A DNA stretch of 64,000 bases from NCBI GenBank assembly GCA_965201075.1, contig CBDAVP010000010.1, positions 62,001 through 126,000 on the forward strand, written 5' to 3'. The DNA is from Isosphaeraceae bacterium. Its GTDB lineage: Bacteria > Planctomycetota > Planctomycetia > Isosphaerales > Isosphaeraceae. The position numbers and the translations under genes were made by a program. Below are positions 47,279 through 57,107 of this stretch, one piece after another. Within the stretch, counting starts at the first letter, position 1; each line of letters begins with the position of its first letter. The notes under the pieces are model-generated. The model did no database searches, had not been told where the DNA came from, and was given only the letters and a program-made list of their open reading frames with translations.

Positions 47279-48586
47279 ATGACGACCCGGTCCCACGTCT
47301 TGCCGCGCACCCTTCTGATCGTCGCCGCCCTGTCCCTCGGCGCCCACGGTGGGCCACCCAGGCAGGGCCTCACCGCCCCGAAGCGGGAACCGCGTCCCGC
47401 CCTGAGGCCAGCGGAGCCCACGACTCCCCAGGGAAAACCCGGCGATCCCAAGGAACTTGAGGATCCGGGGTCTCCCGCCAACCCGGCCGAGAAACCCGAG
47501 CTTCCGCCGGCGCCTGCCTCTGGGCCGGGCGAGAGTGGCGAGCTTACGCCGGCGCCGGTCGGACGGCCGGGCGAGATTCCAGAAGAGGGCTCTCCGGGCT
47601 CCATCCATCTGGATGGGTATCCCGACTCGCCCGACGCCATTCAGCCCTTGCCGCCGACGCCAATTCCCGACAGCCCACCGCCCCATGAAGGGGCCCCGTT
47701 CCTGCTGCCCTATCGCATCCAGCCACCCGACGTAATCCATATTGCGATCCTGCAGGCCGCCCCGGGCCGGCAACTCGATGGCGATCGCCTGATCCGCCCG
47801 GATGGGCTTATCAGTTTGGATTTCTATGGGGATCTCGCGGTCGCCGATCTGACGACTCGTCAGGTCAAGGAGAGGGTCATCCTCCATCTCCGTCGCCATC
47901 TCACCGACACCGTCCTCGGGCTGGTCAAAATGGACGAGGAGACCGGGGAACCCGTCCGGGATGCCCATGGCAAGTTCGTGGGAATTCCCCTGGCGGATTC
48001 CGACTGCGTTTACGTGGACGTTGCTCAATATAATAGTGGAATTTACTACGCCCAGGGGGACGTCGCCTTGCCTGGCCGCTTCCCCTTGACCGGCCACGAA
48101 TTCGTCCTCGACGCCCTCAACTATGCGGGCGGCCTCCTCCCCACGGCCGAGGAGGCGGACATCCGCCTCGTCCGCCCGGCTCGGGGTACTGCCCCGGGGC
48201 GAGTTTACCGCGTCGACCTCGCCGCCATTCGCGACCGGGGCGAGTCGGCGACGAACTATCAACTCTTCTCAGGCGACCGCCTCGTCGTCGGCCGCAATCC
48301 GGTTAGCCGAATCTCGGGGCAACTGAACCGCACTTCTGAACCGTTGGTGGTGCTGGCCAACGACATCCGCACTTTCGCCCTGACGATGAAAGCCGTTAAC
48401 GAGGCGAGCCTCCCCCCCATAACTCCCGCCCAGCGTGACGAATTCGTCCGCCGCTGGACCGAATTTCTCCGCGCCGAGGCCGAGCATCCCGGTGGCCCGG
48501 TGCTGGACGAACGGGCCTGGAAGGAATTCCTCGAACGCTTCACCGTGCCGCCAGCCGCTGCGACCCCGCGGCCTTCCGCACCCTGA
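47279..48586 (+). CDS. Polysaccharide biosynthesis/export (Wza-like) protein with Pro-rich N-terminal linker
   Basis: YRIQPPDVI.I, IRPDG.ISL..YG, YVDVAQYNS..YY, VLDALNYAGGL, NYQLFSGDRL. Confidence 0.85.
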   Translation: MTTRSHVLPRTLLIVAALSLGAHGGPPRQGLTAPKREPRPALRPAEPTTPQGKPGDPKELEDPGSPANPAEKPELPPAPASGPGESGELTPAPVGRPGEIPEEGSPGSIHLDGYPDSPDAIQPLPPTPIPDSPPPHEGAPFLLPYRIQPPDVIHIAILQAAPGRQLDGDRLIRPDGLISLDFYGDLAVADLTTRQVKERVILHLRRHLTDTVLGLVKMDEETGEPVRDAHGKFVGIPLADSDCVYVDVAQYNSGIYYAQGDVALPGRFPLTGHEFVLDALNYAGGLLPTAEEADIRLVRPARGTAPGRVYRVDLAAIRDRGESATNYQLFSGDRLVVGRNPVSRISGQLNRTSEPLVVLANDIRTFALTMKAVNEASLPPITPAQRDEFVRRWTEFLRAEAEHPGGPVLDERAWKEFLERFTVPPAAATPRPSAP

Positions 48587-48614
48587 CGCCTCGCGGACCG
48601 CGACGCCCCGAGTC

Positions 48615-50147
48615 TCAGCCGGGGGCGTCGCGTGACCAGATCCGCAACCGGAAGCCCAGCGACTTCGACAACGCCACTATCTCGCCGAAGATGTCGCCGT
48701 AGGCCACCGCGACGTGGTTGCTCATGTAGTGGGCCATCACCGACTCCATCGAGCAACCGAGGTCGGCGGCCATGAACGGCCACTGGCGGGTCGTCCCCCG
48801 CCACCAACGCTCGCGGACCTCGTCTGGCAACGTGACCGATTCCCCCTGCCCCAGGTCCATCACCAACTCGCCGGTCCGGTCGATCCAGGCGCGGGCCCAG
48901 GTGATCGGTCCCGGCAAACTCACTCCCGCGAACGTGCCACCGGGAACTGGGAAATAGCCAGACGGCTGACGATAGCTATGGACCCCGGCCAATGAGTCGA
49001 CGTCGTGGTTGAAGGCGTAGGCCCCGCACGATCCCGAGTTCAGCAACACCCAGAGCCAACGCCCCTCGTGCATGGCCCCCCAGCGGACGTCGTGGAACAT
49101 CACCGCTCCGGGCAGCCCCTTCGCCTCCAGAACCCGTTTCATCAGCTCCATCGGCAGGAGGTTCCCCTGGTCGGCCTCCGTCGAGGTCATGACCGCGTGG
49201 CCATTTCCCTCGGGCCGCGCGTGCGAGTTCAGCAACCCCTCGGCGAAGTCGCTCGGCGGCAAGAGCTTCAGCAAGCCCAGTTGATACTGCCAGCCCAGGC
49301 AGTCGGCGCGAAACTCGTCCATCAGGTCCAGCACCGTCAGGTAGCCGCGTAACTGTTCCTTGGTGGCGTCGGGGGTAAAGTCCTCGGCGTCGGACTCTCC
49401 CCAGTGGAACGTCACCCCCTTCGACTGGACGAACGCGAACGCCTCGTCGATCCGCGATTGCGCGATCGACCGGCCGCGCTCGATCAGCCAGGCCTGGTCG
49501 ACCTTGTGCTCGGCGAATCCAACCTTCGCCAGCAGCCGAGGGCCGAAGTAGCCGTTAATCATCCCCATCGACGTGTCGCCCAGCATCAACGCCAGGATTC
49601 GCCGACGACGGATCGCCTCAACCACGCGGTCGGCCACCCTCTGGGCCTCGGGCGAGACCGTCGCCGAGGCGTGCAACTCCCCCTCGTCGTAGGGGATCGT
49701 CCCATCGCGGCACCAGGCGTCGAGGCGTTCCATGAAGGGGGCGTCGGCGGTCCAGTCGGGGGCGTCGGTCCAGATCCTCGACGATGACCGGCCGACACTC
49801 TCCAGCGACGCGGCCGTGTTCAGCAAGGCGACCAGCCCCGGCCAGGTCCCCGAGAAGTTCGACGCCAGAAGCAGCGGCGAGTCCTTCCCCACCACACCAT
49901 CGACCGTGTGGGGCGCATAGGCCCAGTGGACGAACACCCCGATGGCCGGGTCGTCGACCGGGCCGAGGCGGTCGATCGCGTCGGCGGGCCGGGTCAGGAA
50001 GTCGCCGACCTCGTAAGGTTCGCGGCCCAGGCGTTTCAGGGCCGCGATCAACTGGTCGGTCGCCGCTCGGGCGTGGGGCCGGGCCCACTCGTTGGGCGCC
50101 TGTCGGTAATCCCCGGGCCAGAACACGGCGACCTTCTTCGACGACAT
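48615..50147 (-). CDS. L-fucose isomerase-like protein
   Basis: SGTWPGLVALLN, GWQYQLG, EADQG, HDVRWG, YRQP..YFP..GGT, RQWP, SNHVAVAY. Confidence 0.8.
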   Translation of the reverse strand: MSSKKVAVFWPGDYRQAPNEWARPHARAATDQLIAALKRLGREPYEVGDFLTRPADAIDRLGPVDDPAIGVFVHWAYAPHTVDGVVGKDSPLLLASNFSGTWPGLVALLNTAASLESVGRSSSRIWTDAPDWTADAPFMERLDAWCRDGTIPYDEGELHASATVSPEAQRVADRVVEAIRRRRILALMLGDTSMGMINGYFGPRLLAKVGFAEHKVDQAWLIERGRSIAQSRIDEAFAFVQSKGVTFHWGESDAEDFTPDATKEQLRGYLTVLDLMDEFRADCLGWQYQLGLLKLLPPSDFAEGLLNSHARPEGNGHAVMTSTEADQGNLLPMELMKRVLEAKGLPGAVMFHDVRWGAMHEGRWLWVLLNSGSCGAYAFNHDVDSLAGVHSYRQPSGYFPVPGGTFAGVSLPGPITWARAWIDRTGELVMDLGQGESVTLPDEVRERWWRGTTRQWPFMAADLGCSMESVMAHYMSNHVAVAYGDIFGEIVALSKSLGFRLRIWSRDAPG

Positions 50148-50300
50148 GGCGGAACTCCGCGGGCGGCTCGCTTGGGATTTTCGGGAAGATTCGCCAGCCT
50201 ACCAAACGAGCCGGCCGCGCCCATTGGGGCGCGGCCGGCTCGGGAAGTTTCGCCACAAGGCATAGCGGAGTCGGTCGTCCCTTTTCCCCGCAAGGCTTGC

Positions 50301-50813
50301 TCAGAGGACCGCGCTGGCGCCACTGGTGCGGCTCGAGCCTTCTTCGTCGAGGACGCGGCGGGCGGTCGCGGCCTGGGCGTCGGTGGCCTGGACCGAGACG
50401 ATGATGTGGCCGTGTTCCAGGCCGGTGGCGTAGTGCTCGGCCTCGTGCTCGGGAATGCCCGCGCCGACCAGGCCGCCGACGAGACCGCCCGAGGCCGCGC
50501 CAGCCGCCGCGCCGGTCAGGGCCGCGGCGATGGGTCCGCCAATCAGGAAGGTTCCGATGCCCGGCAGCAAGAACGAGCTACCGACCAGGGCCAGGCCGAC
50601 CAGCGCGCCCACGCCCGCACCGGAGACCGCGCCGGCGGTCGCGCCTTCCTCGCTCAGGTCGCCCACGCCGGTGGCGGTGGCCAGGCCCTCGCCGGCGACG
50701 GTGTCCTTCATCGCCACGCCCAGATGGTCGGCGGAGATCCCCGCATCCTGCAAGCGGCGGATCGCCTCTCGGGCGGCATTCTGCGTCTCAAACAGGCCGA
50801 CGACGGTCTGCAT
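50301..50813 (-). CDS. General stress protein (YflT-like, glycine-zipper membrane region)
   Basis: TVVGLF....A..AI..L..AG, GA..GA..G repeats, PGIG, GIPEHEA..Y...L..G. Confidence 0.8.
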   Translation of the reverse strand: MQTVVGLFETQNAAREAIRRLQDAGISADHLGVAMKDTVAGEGLATATGVGDLSEEGATAGAVSGAGVGALVGLALVGSSFLLPGIGTFLIGGPIAAALTGAAAGAASGGLVGGLVGAGIPEHEAEHYATGLEHGHIIVSVQATDAQAATARRVLDEEGSSRTSGASAVL

Positions 50814-51036
50814 TGCGAGTCTCCTGGTGGGTCGCGCCAACCCGGTCGGGCCGGCTAAACATGGGGGCGGAGGGGAACGGCCGGAACGTCGGCCAGGCCC
50901 CCGGTCGGTGGTCACTCTTGGGCGACACCGCCAGGGGGTTTCTCCTCTGATAGGGGCAAACCTCACGCCAAACCGTCGAAATCATCAACACATTCCGCGA
51001 ACCCGGACCGGGTCGTCCCTGGGAGGATCGAGCGAC

Positions 51037-51052
51037 CGGCACGCGACTTGCC
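51037..51052 (+). promoter_or_regulatory. Putative sigma54 promoter of topoisomerase IB
   Basis: CGGCACGCGACTTGCC (GG-N10-GC), with IHF-like CATCAACACATTC at 50983-50995. Confidence 0.6.
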
Positions 51053-51098
51053 AAAACCTGAATCGCCCTCCGCCCTTCCTCTCTTTAGGGATTGGACC

Positions 51099-52196
51099 AT
51101 GAGCACCGCGCCGCACCTTTCGGCCGCGTCGGCGGGCTTGAAGCATGTCGACGACACGTCTCCCGGCTGGAGTCGCAGGCGGGTGGGCAAGTCGTTTCGC
51201 TATTTCGATGCATCCGGAAGGGCGATCCGCGACGAGAACACCCTCGGGCGGATCAAGTCGCTGGTCATCCCGCCGGCCTGGACGGAAGTCTGGATCTGCC
51301 CAAACGCGGATGGGCACCTCCAGGCCACCGGCCGAGACGAGCGAGGGCGCAAGCAGTATCGCTATCACCCGAAATGGCGAGCGGTGCGCGACGAGACCAA
51401 GTATGGGCGGATGGTCGCCTTCGCCCGCGCTCTTGGGCCGTTGCGCAAGAAGCTGGAGCACGACCTTTCGCGGCCCGGTCTCCCCCGAGAGAAAGTTTTG
51501 GCCGCCGTGGTCCGCCTGCTGGAGACGACCTTGATCCGCGTCGGCAACGACGAGTACGCCCGCACCAACCAGTCGTTCGGTCTGACAACCATGAGGGACC
51601 GCCACGCCAAGATCGAGGGGGCCACTGTCCGGTTCGAGTTCAAGGGTAAAAGCGGCGTGAAGCATGCGATCCGCCTGGAAGACCGGCGGTTGGCGAAGGT
51701 CATCCGTCGCTGTCAGGAGCTGCCCGGCCAGGAGTTGTTTCAGTACGAGGACCCCGACGGTACCCGCCACGACATCGGCTCGGACGACGTCAACGCCTAC
51801 CTCCGCGAGGCCACCGGCGCCGACTTCACCGCCAAGGACTTCCGCACCTGGGCAGGAACCGTGCTGGCCTCCCTCGCCCTCCAGGAGTTCCAGGCGTTTG
51901 ACTCGCAAGCCCAGGCCAAGAAGAACCTGTTGAGGGCGATCGAGTCGGTCTCCAAGAAGCTGGGCAACACTCCGACGGTTTGCCGCAAGTGCTACATCCA
52001 CCCCGGAGTCATCGACGCCTACCTCGACGGCTCGATGATCGCCACCCTCCAGCAAAAGGCTCAGAAAGCGATGAACCGCTCGCTGGCCCACCTGCGTCCC
52101 GAGGAGGCGGCCGTCCTCGCCCTGCTCCAGCGACGCCTGGCCCGGGCCCGAGACGAGGCCGAGGCGAAGCCAGCCAGGCGCGGCGCCGCCGGTTGA
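51099..52196 (+). CDS. Bacterial DNA topoisomerase IB
   Basis: IPPAWTEVWI, GRKQYRYH, IRVGN, FKGKSG, AKDFRTW, LGNT, catalytic Tyr in KCYIHP. Confidence 0.95.
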   Translation: MSTAPHLSAASAGLKHVDDTSPGWSRRRVGKSFRYFDASGRAIRDENTLGRIKSLVIPPAWTEVWICPNADGHLQATGRDERGRKQYRYHPKWRAVRDETKYGRMVAFARALGPLRKKLEHDLSRPGLPREKVLAAVVRLLETTLIRVGNDEYARTNQSFGLTTMRDRHAKIEGATVRFEFKGKSGVKHAIRLEDRRLAKVIRRCQELPGQELFQYEDPDGTRHDIGSDDVNAYLREATGADFTAKDFRTWAGTVLASLALQEFQAFDSQAQAKKNLLRAIESVSKKLGNTPTVCRKCYIHPGVIDAYLDGSMIATLQQKAQKAMNRSLAHLRPEEAAVLALLQRRLARARDEAEAKPARRGAAG

Positions 52197-52207
52197 CGCG
52201 GGGTCGA

Positions 52208-53344
52208 TCAGTCCGCCGGGTTGCGTCGCAGCCGTTCGGCCCAGACGGCGACCCGGCGGGCCAGTCGCGTCTCGCAAACCTCCAGGGTCGGCCCGCTGGC
52301 AAAGACCGTGACCACTGGCTCGCCCGCCGAGAACCGCTCTCCCGGCCAGGGAAGATCGGCTAGACGGGGCCAGCCCTCGCCGTTTCGCAGCGGATGGGTC
52401 GGGAAGCGACAAGAGGCCGGGGCCAGGATGAACGCCTTGCCGATGCAACGGCCGTTGGGGGGCCGGACCCGTCGCGGTCGCAGGCGCTTGGCCAGTACGG
52501 GGTCGAAAGCGCGGGCATGCTCGGCCAGGAAGGACCGTCCCGTCGCCCTCTCGAGGACTTCCATCGACGCGGTGTAACGCGGATTGATCTCGACCGGCCA
52601 GGGCCAGCCGTCCCTCCAGATCAGGTCGACGCCAAACAGGCCCATCAGGCCAAACGCCGAGGCGAACGCCAGGCCCATCCGACCGATCCGCTCGGTCTCT
52701 TCCTCGTCCAGTGGCCAGGGGCCCAGGCTCCCCCGATAGGCAAACCCCCTCGGCCCGCCGTGAAGCTGGCGGCTGATCCCCAGGAACTCGGCCCGACCAT
52801 CCTTCGCCACGAACGCGGCGGCCAGGCTCGGTCCTTCGATCTTCTCTTGATAGTAAGCGGGCCATACGGGAGTTTCCGAGTCCTCCCGCCAGGATCGAAT
52901 GCGCCGGCCCCCGGCCGAGGACAGCGGCTTGACGAGCCACGACCCCTCCTTCGGCACCCCCCGCGAGGAATAACGCACTCCCGGGCCCGGCAACCCCGCG
53001 CGGACGAGCACGTCGGCCACGGCGACGGGGTCGCGCACGCCTCTCAAGATCCAGCCGGGGTTCCCCCAAAGCGGGCGGACCGAGGCGATCCGGTCGACCA
53101 GGCCAGGGTGGTTTTCGAGGGCCCCGGTATAGCACCAGGGGCCTGGCGGACCGTCGGCGACGACGGCCAACAATCCTTCGGGATACTCCCCCGGGGCGAC
53201 TCGACGGATGGGGTCGGCGGCGTGGTGGGTGTCGACGTCGGCGAAAAGGTCGGCCGTCGCCGGCCGCAGCCCCGCCCGGGCGGCCGACTGCGCGGCGGCC
53301 CGGGCACTAGCCCCGACGATGTGCAAGGAGGGGCGTTGGCTCAA
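52208..53344 (-). CDS. ATP-grasp carboligase (COG2232-like, associated with H4MPT/methanofuran-linked C1 genes)
   Basis: IVGASARAAAQSA, DLFAD.D, YTGALEN, WLVKP...GG, GLFGVD, EINPRYTASME. Confidence 0.8.
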   Translation of the reverse strand: MSQRPSLHIVGASARAAAQSAARAGLRPATADLFADVDTHHAADPIRRVAPGEYPEGLLAVVADGPPGPWCYTGALENHPGLVDRIASVRPLWGNPGWILRGVRDPVAVADVLVRAGLPGPGVRYSSRGVPKEGSWLVKPLSSAGGRRIRSWREDSETPVWPAYYQEKIEGPSLAAAFVAKDGRAEFLGISRQLHGGPRGFAYRGSLGPWPLDEEETERIGRMGLAFASAFGLMGLFGVDLIWRDGWPWPVEINPRYTASMEVLERATGRSFLAEHARAFDPVLAKRLRPRRVRPPNGRCIGKAFILAPASCRFPTHPLRNGEGWPRLADLPWPGERFSAGEPVVTVFASGPTLEVCETRLARRVAVWAERLRRNPAD

Positions 53345-53348
53345 GGCA

Positions 53349-53669
53349 TCACTCGACGACAGTCATCTCGGTCGGGGTGATCTCCATCTTCCCGTCGACG
53401 TCCTTGACCTCGCCAGTCACCTTGATCTTCTTGGTCTCCTTGCAGACGTTCTTGTGGAACGCCTTGGAGACGTCATTGTGGGTGATGTAGTAGGTGGTTT
53501 CCTTGCCACCATCCTCAACGATCACCACGTTCTGACAGGAATCGGTCTCACCCAGAGCACACTTGGCGCACTTGCCGTCACCAGTCAAGGTCTTCGTCTC
53601 GGCGGCGAAGGCCAGGCCGAAGCCGGACAACAGGACGGTCGCGGCCAGCACGGACAGGAGCTTTCGCAT
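53349..53669 (-). CDS. Small secreted Cys/His-containing OB-fold-like protein (DUF6370-like)
   Basis: Signal peptide ending AFA, CAKC...C...H..VC, K.KVTG.V. Confidence 0.7.
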   Translation of the reverse strand: MRKLLSVLAATVLLSGFGLAFAAETKTLTGDGKCAKCALGETDSCQNVVIVEDGGKETTYYITHNDVSKAFHKNVCKETKKIKVTGEVKDVDGKMEITPTEMTVVE

Positions 53670-53811
53670 CTTCATTCTCCTGGACACTCACCGGAAGGTC
53701 AGGGAACACGGCCCGCCATTGAACCACGACCCCGCCCCCGAAACAACCGAAACCCCGGCTTGGGGCACCGGTCGACACCATCCCTTGCTTGCGAATCCTG
53801 GGCCCGAACCC

Positions 53812-54627
53812 TCAACGCAGCCGCAACTTCAGCAGGTCGTCGGCAACGATCCGGACGGCCCTGGCCTCCAGGATGGTCGGGGTCATCGGCGCGGGGATGA
53901 CCCGGCCCCCCAGTTCGACCGGCCGGTGAATGGCCAGCCAAGCGACCATCTCGGCGGCGACCTCGGGCCCAACTTCCTTCCCCTCGGCGAACGCCTCGTT
54001 GAATCGGGGCAGCCAGCGACGCCCCTCCGGCCCGTCCAGCAGCCGACGAACCAACGACGTCGGCACCAGCCCCGGGTTCACCGCCGCGCAGAAGATCCCA
54101 TCGCCCCGCCACTCGGTATCCCACGACTCCACCAATCTCGCCAACGCCGCCTGGGCCGCCCCATACCCCGAAGCATACGCCAACTCCCCATTATGCCCAG
54201 GTCCCACCAACACCACGACCGCCCCCCGTTCCGACGACCGAAGCGCCGGCAAGGTCGCTCGAACGACCTGCTGAGTTCCCCGAACAGCCGTTTCCAGATC
54301 CCGCCACCAAAGGTCCGGGTCGACCGCCCCCACCGGCCCGATTCCCCGCAAGACCCCTGCGGCGCAGACCAGGACATCACACCCGTCGGCCTGGGAGCGA
54401 AACCGCTCGAAGGCCCTCGCAAGGCCGGTCGCATCAAGGACATCCGCCACGAGGGGCTCGGCCTCGCCGCCAGCCTCGCGGATCGCGCCGACGGTCGCCT
54501 CGACCTCGGCCGCCGTCCTCGCCATGACCCCGACGAATGCCCCCTCGGAGGCCAGCTGTTCGGCCACGGCCCGCCCAATCCCGCGACCCCCACCCGTCAC
54601 CAGGGCCGACCACTTTGCCTCGGTCAT
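53812..54627 (-). CDS. Short-chain dehydrogenase/reductase
   Basis: LVTGGGRGIG, ADV, SGYGAAQ (YxxxK lysine replaced by Q), NPGLV.T. Confidence 0.88.
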   Translation of the reverse strand: MTEAKWSALVTGGGRGIGRAVAEQLASEGAFVGVMARTAAEVEATVGAIREAGGEAEPLVADVLDATGLARAFERFRSQADGCDVLVCAAGVLRGIGPVGAVDPDLWWRDLETAVRGTQQVVRATLPALRSSERGAVVVLVGPGHNGELAYASGYGAAQAALARLVESWDTEWRGDGIFCAAVNPGLVPTSLVRRLLDGPEGRRWLPRFNEAFAEGKEVGPEVAAEMVAWLAIHRPVELGGRVIPAPMTPTILEARAVRIVADDLLKLRLR

Positions 54628-54699
54628 GACGTCCCCCCCCGCGCATTATCGACCCCGCCCGCGAACCGGCAACCCCCGCGTCGGCCCGGCTGGGCCCTG

Positions 54700-55893
54700 G
54701 TGGCGACCTGCCTGGGGTTCATCCTAGCCGGCAAAAGCGCCGCGGAATCCCCCGATCCCCTCCCCACGGCCGACGACGCGACCCGCGCCGTCGGGCTTCT
54801 GGAAGGGCGAGACACCGGTTTGCTCGAAGTTCAGGCCCGGGCCGAAGTTGAAGACCGCATCCGTGTGACGATCCGCAACGTGACCCGCCAACGTCTGGCG
54901 GTCGCCTGGCCGCCCACTCTCGCGGCGATTCCGACCATGGGCGGCGGACAGGCGCGAATCCTCGGCGACCCCGGCAATGCTCCCGGCGCATTCGGAGCGT
55001 TCGGCGAGCCCCGGACTGTCGCCGTCCCCCCCCGTCTGGCCATCGACCTGACGGTCCCGGCCCTGACCCTCGCCTTCAGACCTCCCGCTCCCAATCCAAC
55101 CAGCGACTGGCGGCTTGCGGGTGTCCAGGAGGTTTCCCCCAACCTCCTGGCGTTGAAGGCGCTAAGCACGATTTCGAGAGTCGGGACAAGCCGAGGTGTG
55201 GCCCAGGCGGTCGTCTGGAAGGCGTTCGACCGAGCGGACTTCGAGGCGATCGCTCGCCAGGGTTGGACCCCGCTCAACCTGGATGAGGTCGCGCTGGCCC
55301 GGGGGTTCCTCGCCCGTCTGGACGTCACGCCCGAGCCCGTGGGGGATGCCCTTATCCGCGACCGCTTGACCTTCGCCCTCGACGGGCCCGACGCCGCGGA
55401 GGCCGAGGGCCGCCGCCTCGCGGAGTCGCTGGACGGGCACCGGCTCCTGGGATTCCTGGCCCGGGAAAGGCGACCGGACGCGACTCCCGACGTTCCGAAA
55501 CTTCACCTGGACATCGCCTTGCGACACGGCGGGCGGTCCGGCGGGGTCACGGTCCGCTACGCCCCACCCGGTGGCCCCTGGCGGCGACTGGCCCCGATTG
55601 GGGATCGGTCGGAGGTCGCTGCCCCCGACCCCGACGGCCCGGACTCCGCCGAGGCTCTCGACCGCGCCCTGGCCTCCGCGTTCGTCAGCGTCCGCCCGGC
55701 GCGTCACGTCCCGGGCCTGACCTGGCTGCGGGTCGAAAACCGACTCCCCTGGACCCTGGACCGTCTGGTCGTCGAGGCCAACGGAGCCCCAGTCCAGTTC
55801 GGTCCGCTGGGGATCGGCCCCGGCCGTCAGGGCTCAGCGCCGATCCAGGCGCCTCGCGCCTTGGTGGGGCGGGTCGTGCTCAACGGTCTGTGA
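54700..55893 (+). CDS. Hypothetical secreted protein (start uncertain)
   Basis: Long host-like ORF after a hydrophobic leader. The upstream part of the 776-aa ORF is antisense to the SDR gene. Confidence 0.6.
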   Translation: MATCLGFILAGKSAAESPDPLPTADDATRAVGLLEGRDTGLLEVQARAEVEDRIRVTIRNVTRQRLAVAWPPTLAAIPTMGGGQARILGDPGNAPGAFGAFGEPRTVAVPPRLAIDLTVPALTLAFRPPAPNPTSDWRLAGVQEVSPNLLALKALSTISRVGTSRGVAQAVVWKAFDRADFEAIARQGWTPLNLDEVALARGFLARLDVTPEPVGDALIRDRLTFALDGPDAAEAEGRRLAESLDGHRLLGFLARERRPDATPDVPKLHLDIALRHGGRSGGVTVRYAPPGGPWRRLAPIGDRSEVAAPDPDGPDSAEALDRALASAFVSVRPARHVPGLTWLRVENRLPWTLDRLVVEANGAPVQFGPLGIGPGRQGSAPIQAPRALVGRVVLNGL

Positions 55894-56051
55894 TCCAGGC
55901 ACGTGACTGTCAAGGGGCACAGTCGAGAATTCGAGACAAGTGTTGCGAAACCTGAGCTCACTCCTTATGTTACACGCGACAAACGTGGCTCGCGGCGGCG
56001 GATTGCTCTCTTTCGAGGTCTTCCTTCATGTAAGGAAATTGGCGTTGGCGA

Positions 56052-57005
56052 GTGTTCCCCACCCTGGCTGTTTTGATGATCCCGCTGTTCCAGGCGACCG
56101 GGTCGGCCCGGGCCGACTACCTCCTGGGTGTCACCGATGGCACGAGCCTTCTGCTGAAGATCGACCCGACCACCGGCGCGGGGACGTTGATCCATAGCAT
56201 CGGTGAAGTCCAGGGGCCCGAGGACATCCAGGCCGACGCCCAGGGACGGCTCATCACTGTCGGTTATGTGCAAGGCCGCAACACCTCGGCCTATTTCAAG
56301 ACGACCTTCGCCGAGGTCGACCCGAACAACGGCCAACTGAACCTCCTGAAGACCTCCACCGATTACCGGTTCTTCGAGGGGCTGGCCAATGTGAACGGGG
56401 TCCTCTACGCCTCGGCCTCGACGCTGGACAGCTACGGCGCCGACACGTCCGATCACCTGGTGTATATTGACCCGGTGGCCGGGACGTTCACCGAGGTCGG
56501 GAAGTTCGGCCCGCAGTTTCTGAACATGGAGGACATCGCCTACTCGCCCAAATATGGGCTGGTCGGTGTCGACATCGGCACGCTCGACCCGGCGACCAAC
56601 TTCCAGACCTTCCACACCACGCCGGCCTTCGTCAGCATCGATATAACCACGGGGGTCGCGACCAAGATTGCCGACCTGCCTCCGTCGATGGTGAACCTCG
56701 TCTCCAACCCCATCAATAATATCTTAAGTCCTTACGGTCCATTCCTTTGCGGGCTGGACTTCGCCCCCGATGGGACCCTGTACGCCTCAACTTTCCCGAC
56801 CCATTTCGGGGGTGCTTCGGAGTTGATCAAGATTGATCCGGTGACCGGAGCGATCACCGACATCGGCCCAATCGGGTTCAACAACGTGGATGGTCTGTAT
56901 TACGTCTCAACGGCCGTGCCCGAGCCGGAAAGCCTGTCCCTGCTCGTCCTGGGCGGGGTCGCCTCGGCGGTGGTCGCCCGTCGGCGAGGCCGGGTCATGG
57001 CCTGA
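56052..57005 (+). CDS. PEP-CTERM sorting-domain protein with beta-propeller-like repeats
   Basis: Signal peptide ending SARA-D, IDP.TG..T.I repeats, C-terminal VPEPESLSLLVLGGVASAVVARRR. Confidence 0.9.
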   Translation: MFPTLAVLMIPLFQATGSARADYLLGVTDGTSLLLKIDPTTGAGTLIHSIGEVQGPEDIQADAQGRLITVGYVQGRNTSAYFKTTFAEVDPNNGQLNLLKTSTDYRFFEGLANVNGVLYASASTLDSYGADTSDHLVYIDPVAGTFTEVGKFGPQFLNMEDIAYSPKYGLVGVDIGTLDPATNFQTFHTTPAFVSIDITTGVATKIADLPPSMVNLVSNPINNILSPYGPFLCGLDFAPDGTLYASTFPTHFGGASELIKIDPVTGAITDIGPIGFNNVDGLYYVSTAVPEPESLSLLVLGGVASAVVARRRGRVMA

Positions 57006-57107
57006 GGGGTCGTCGTTTTCGACGCCGAATGGTTGTCCCCGGGGGCCTGAGGCGGCTAGAGTGGGAAGGCAAGCGTTTCCGGGTCGCTGCCTCGGGTTGG
57101 GTGGGTC

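Noticed and set aside
51099..52196. Topoisomerase IB as the integrase for the islets
   Set aside because: It shares the tyrosine-recombinase fold, but its motifs are those of ordinary bacterial TopIB and it is not linked to the repeats.
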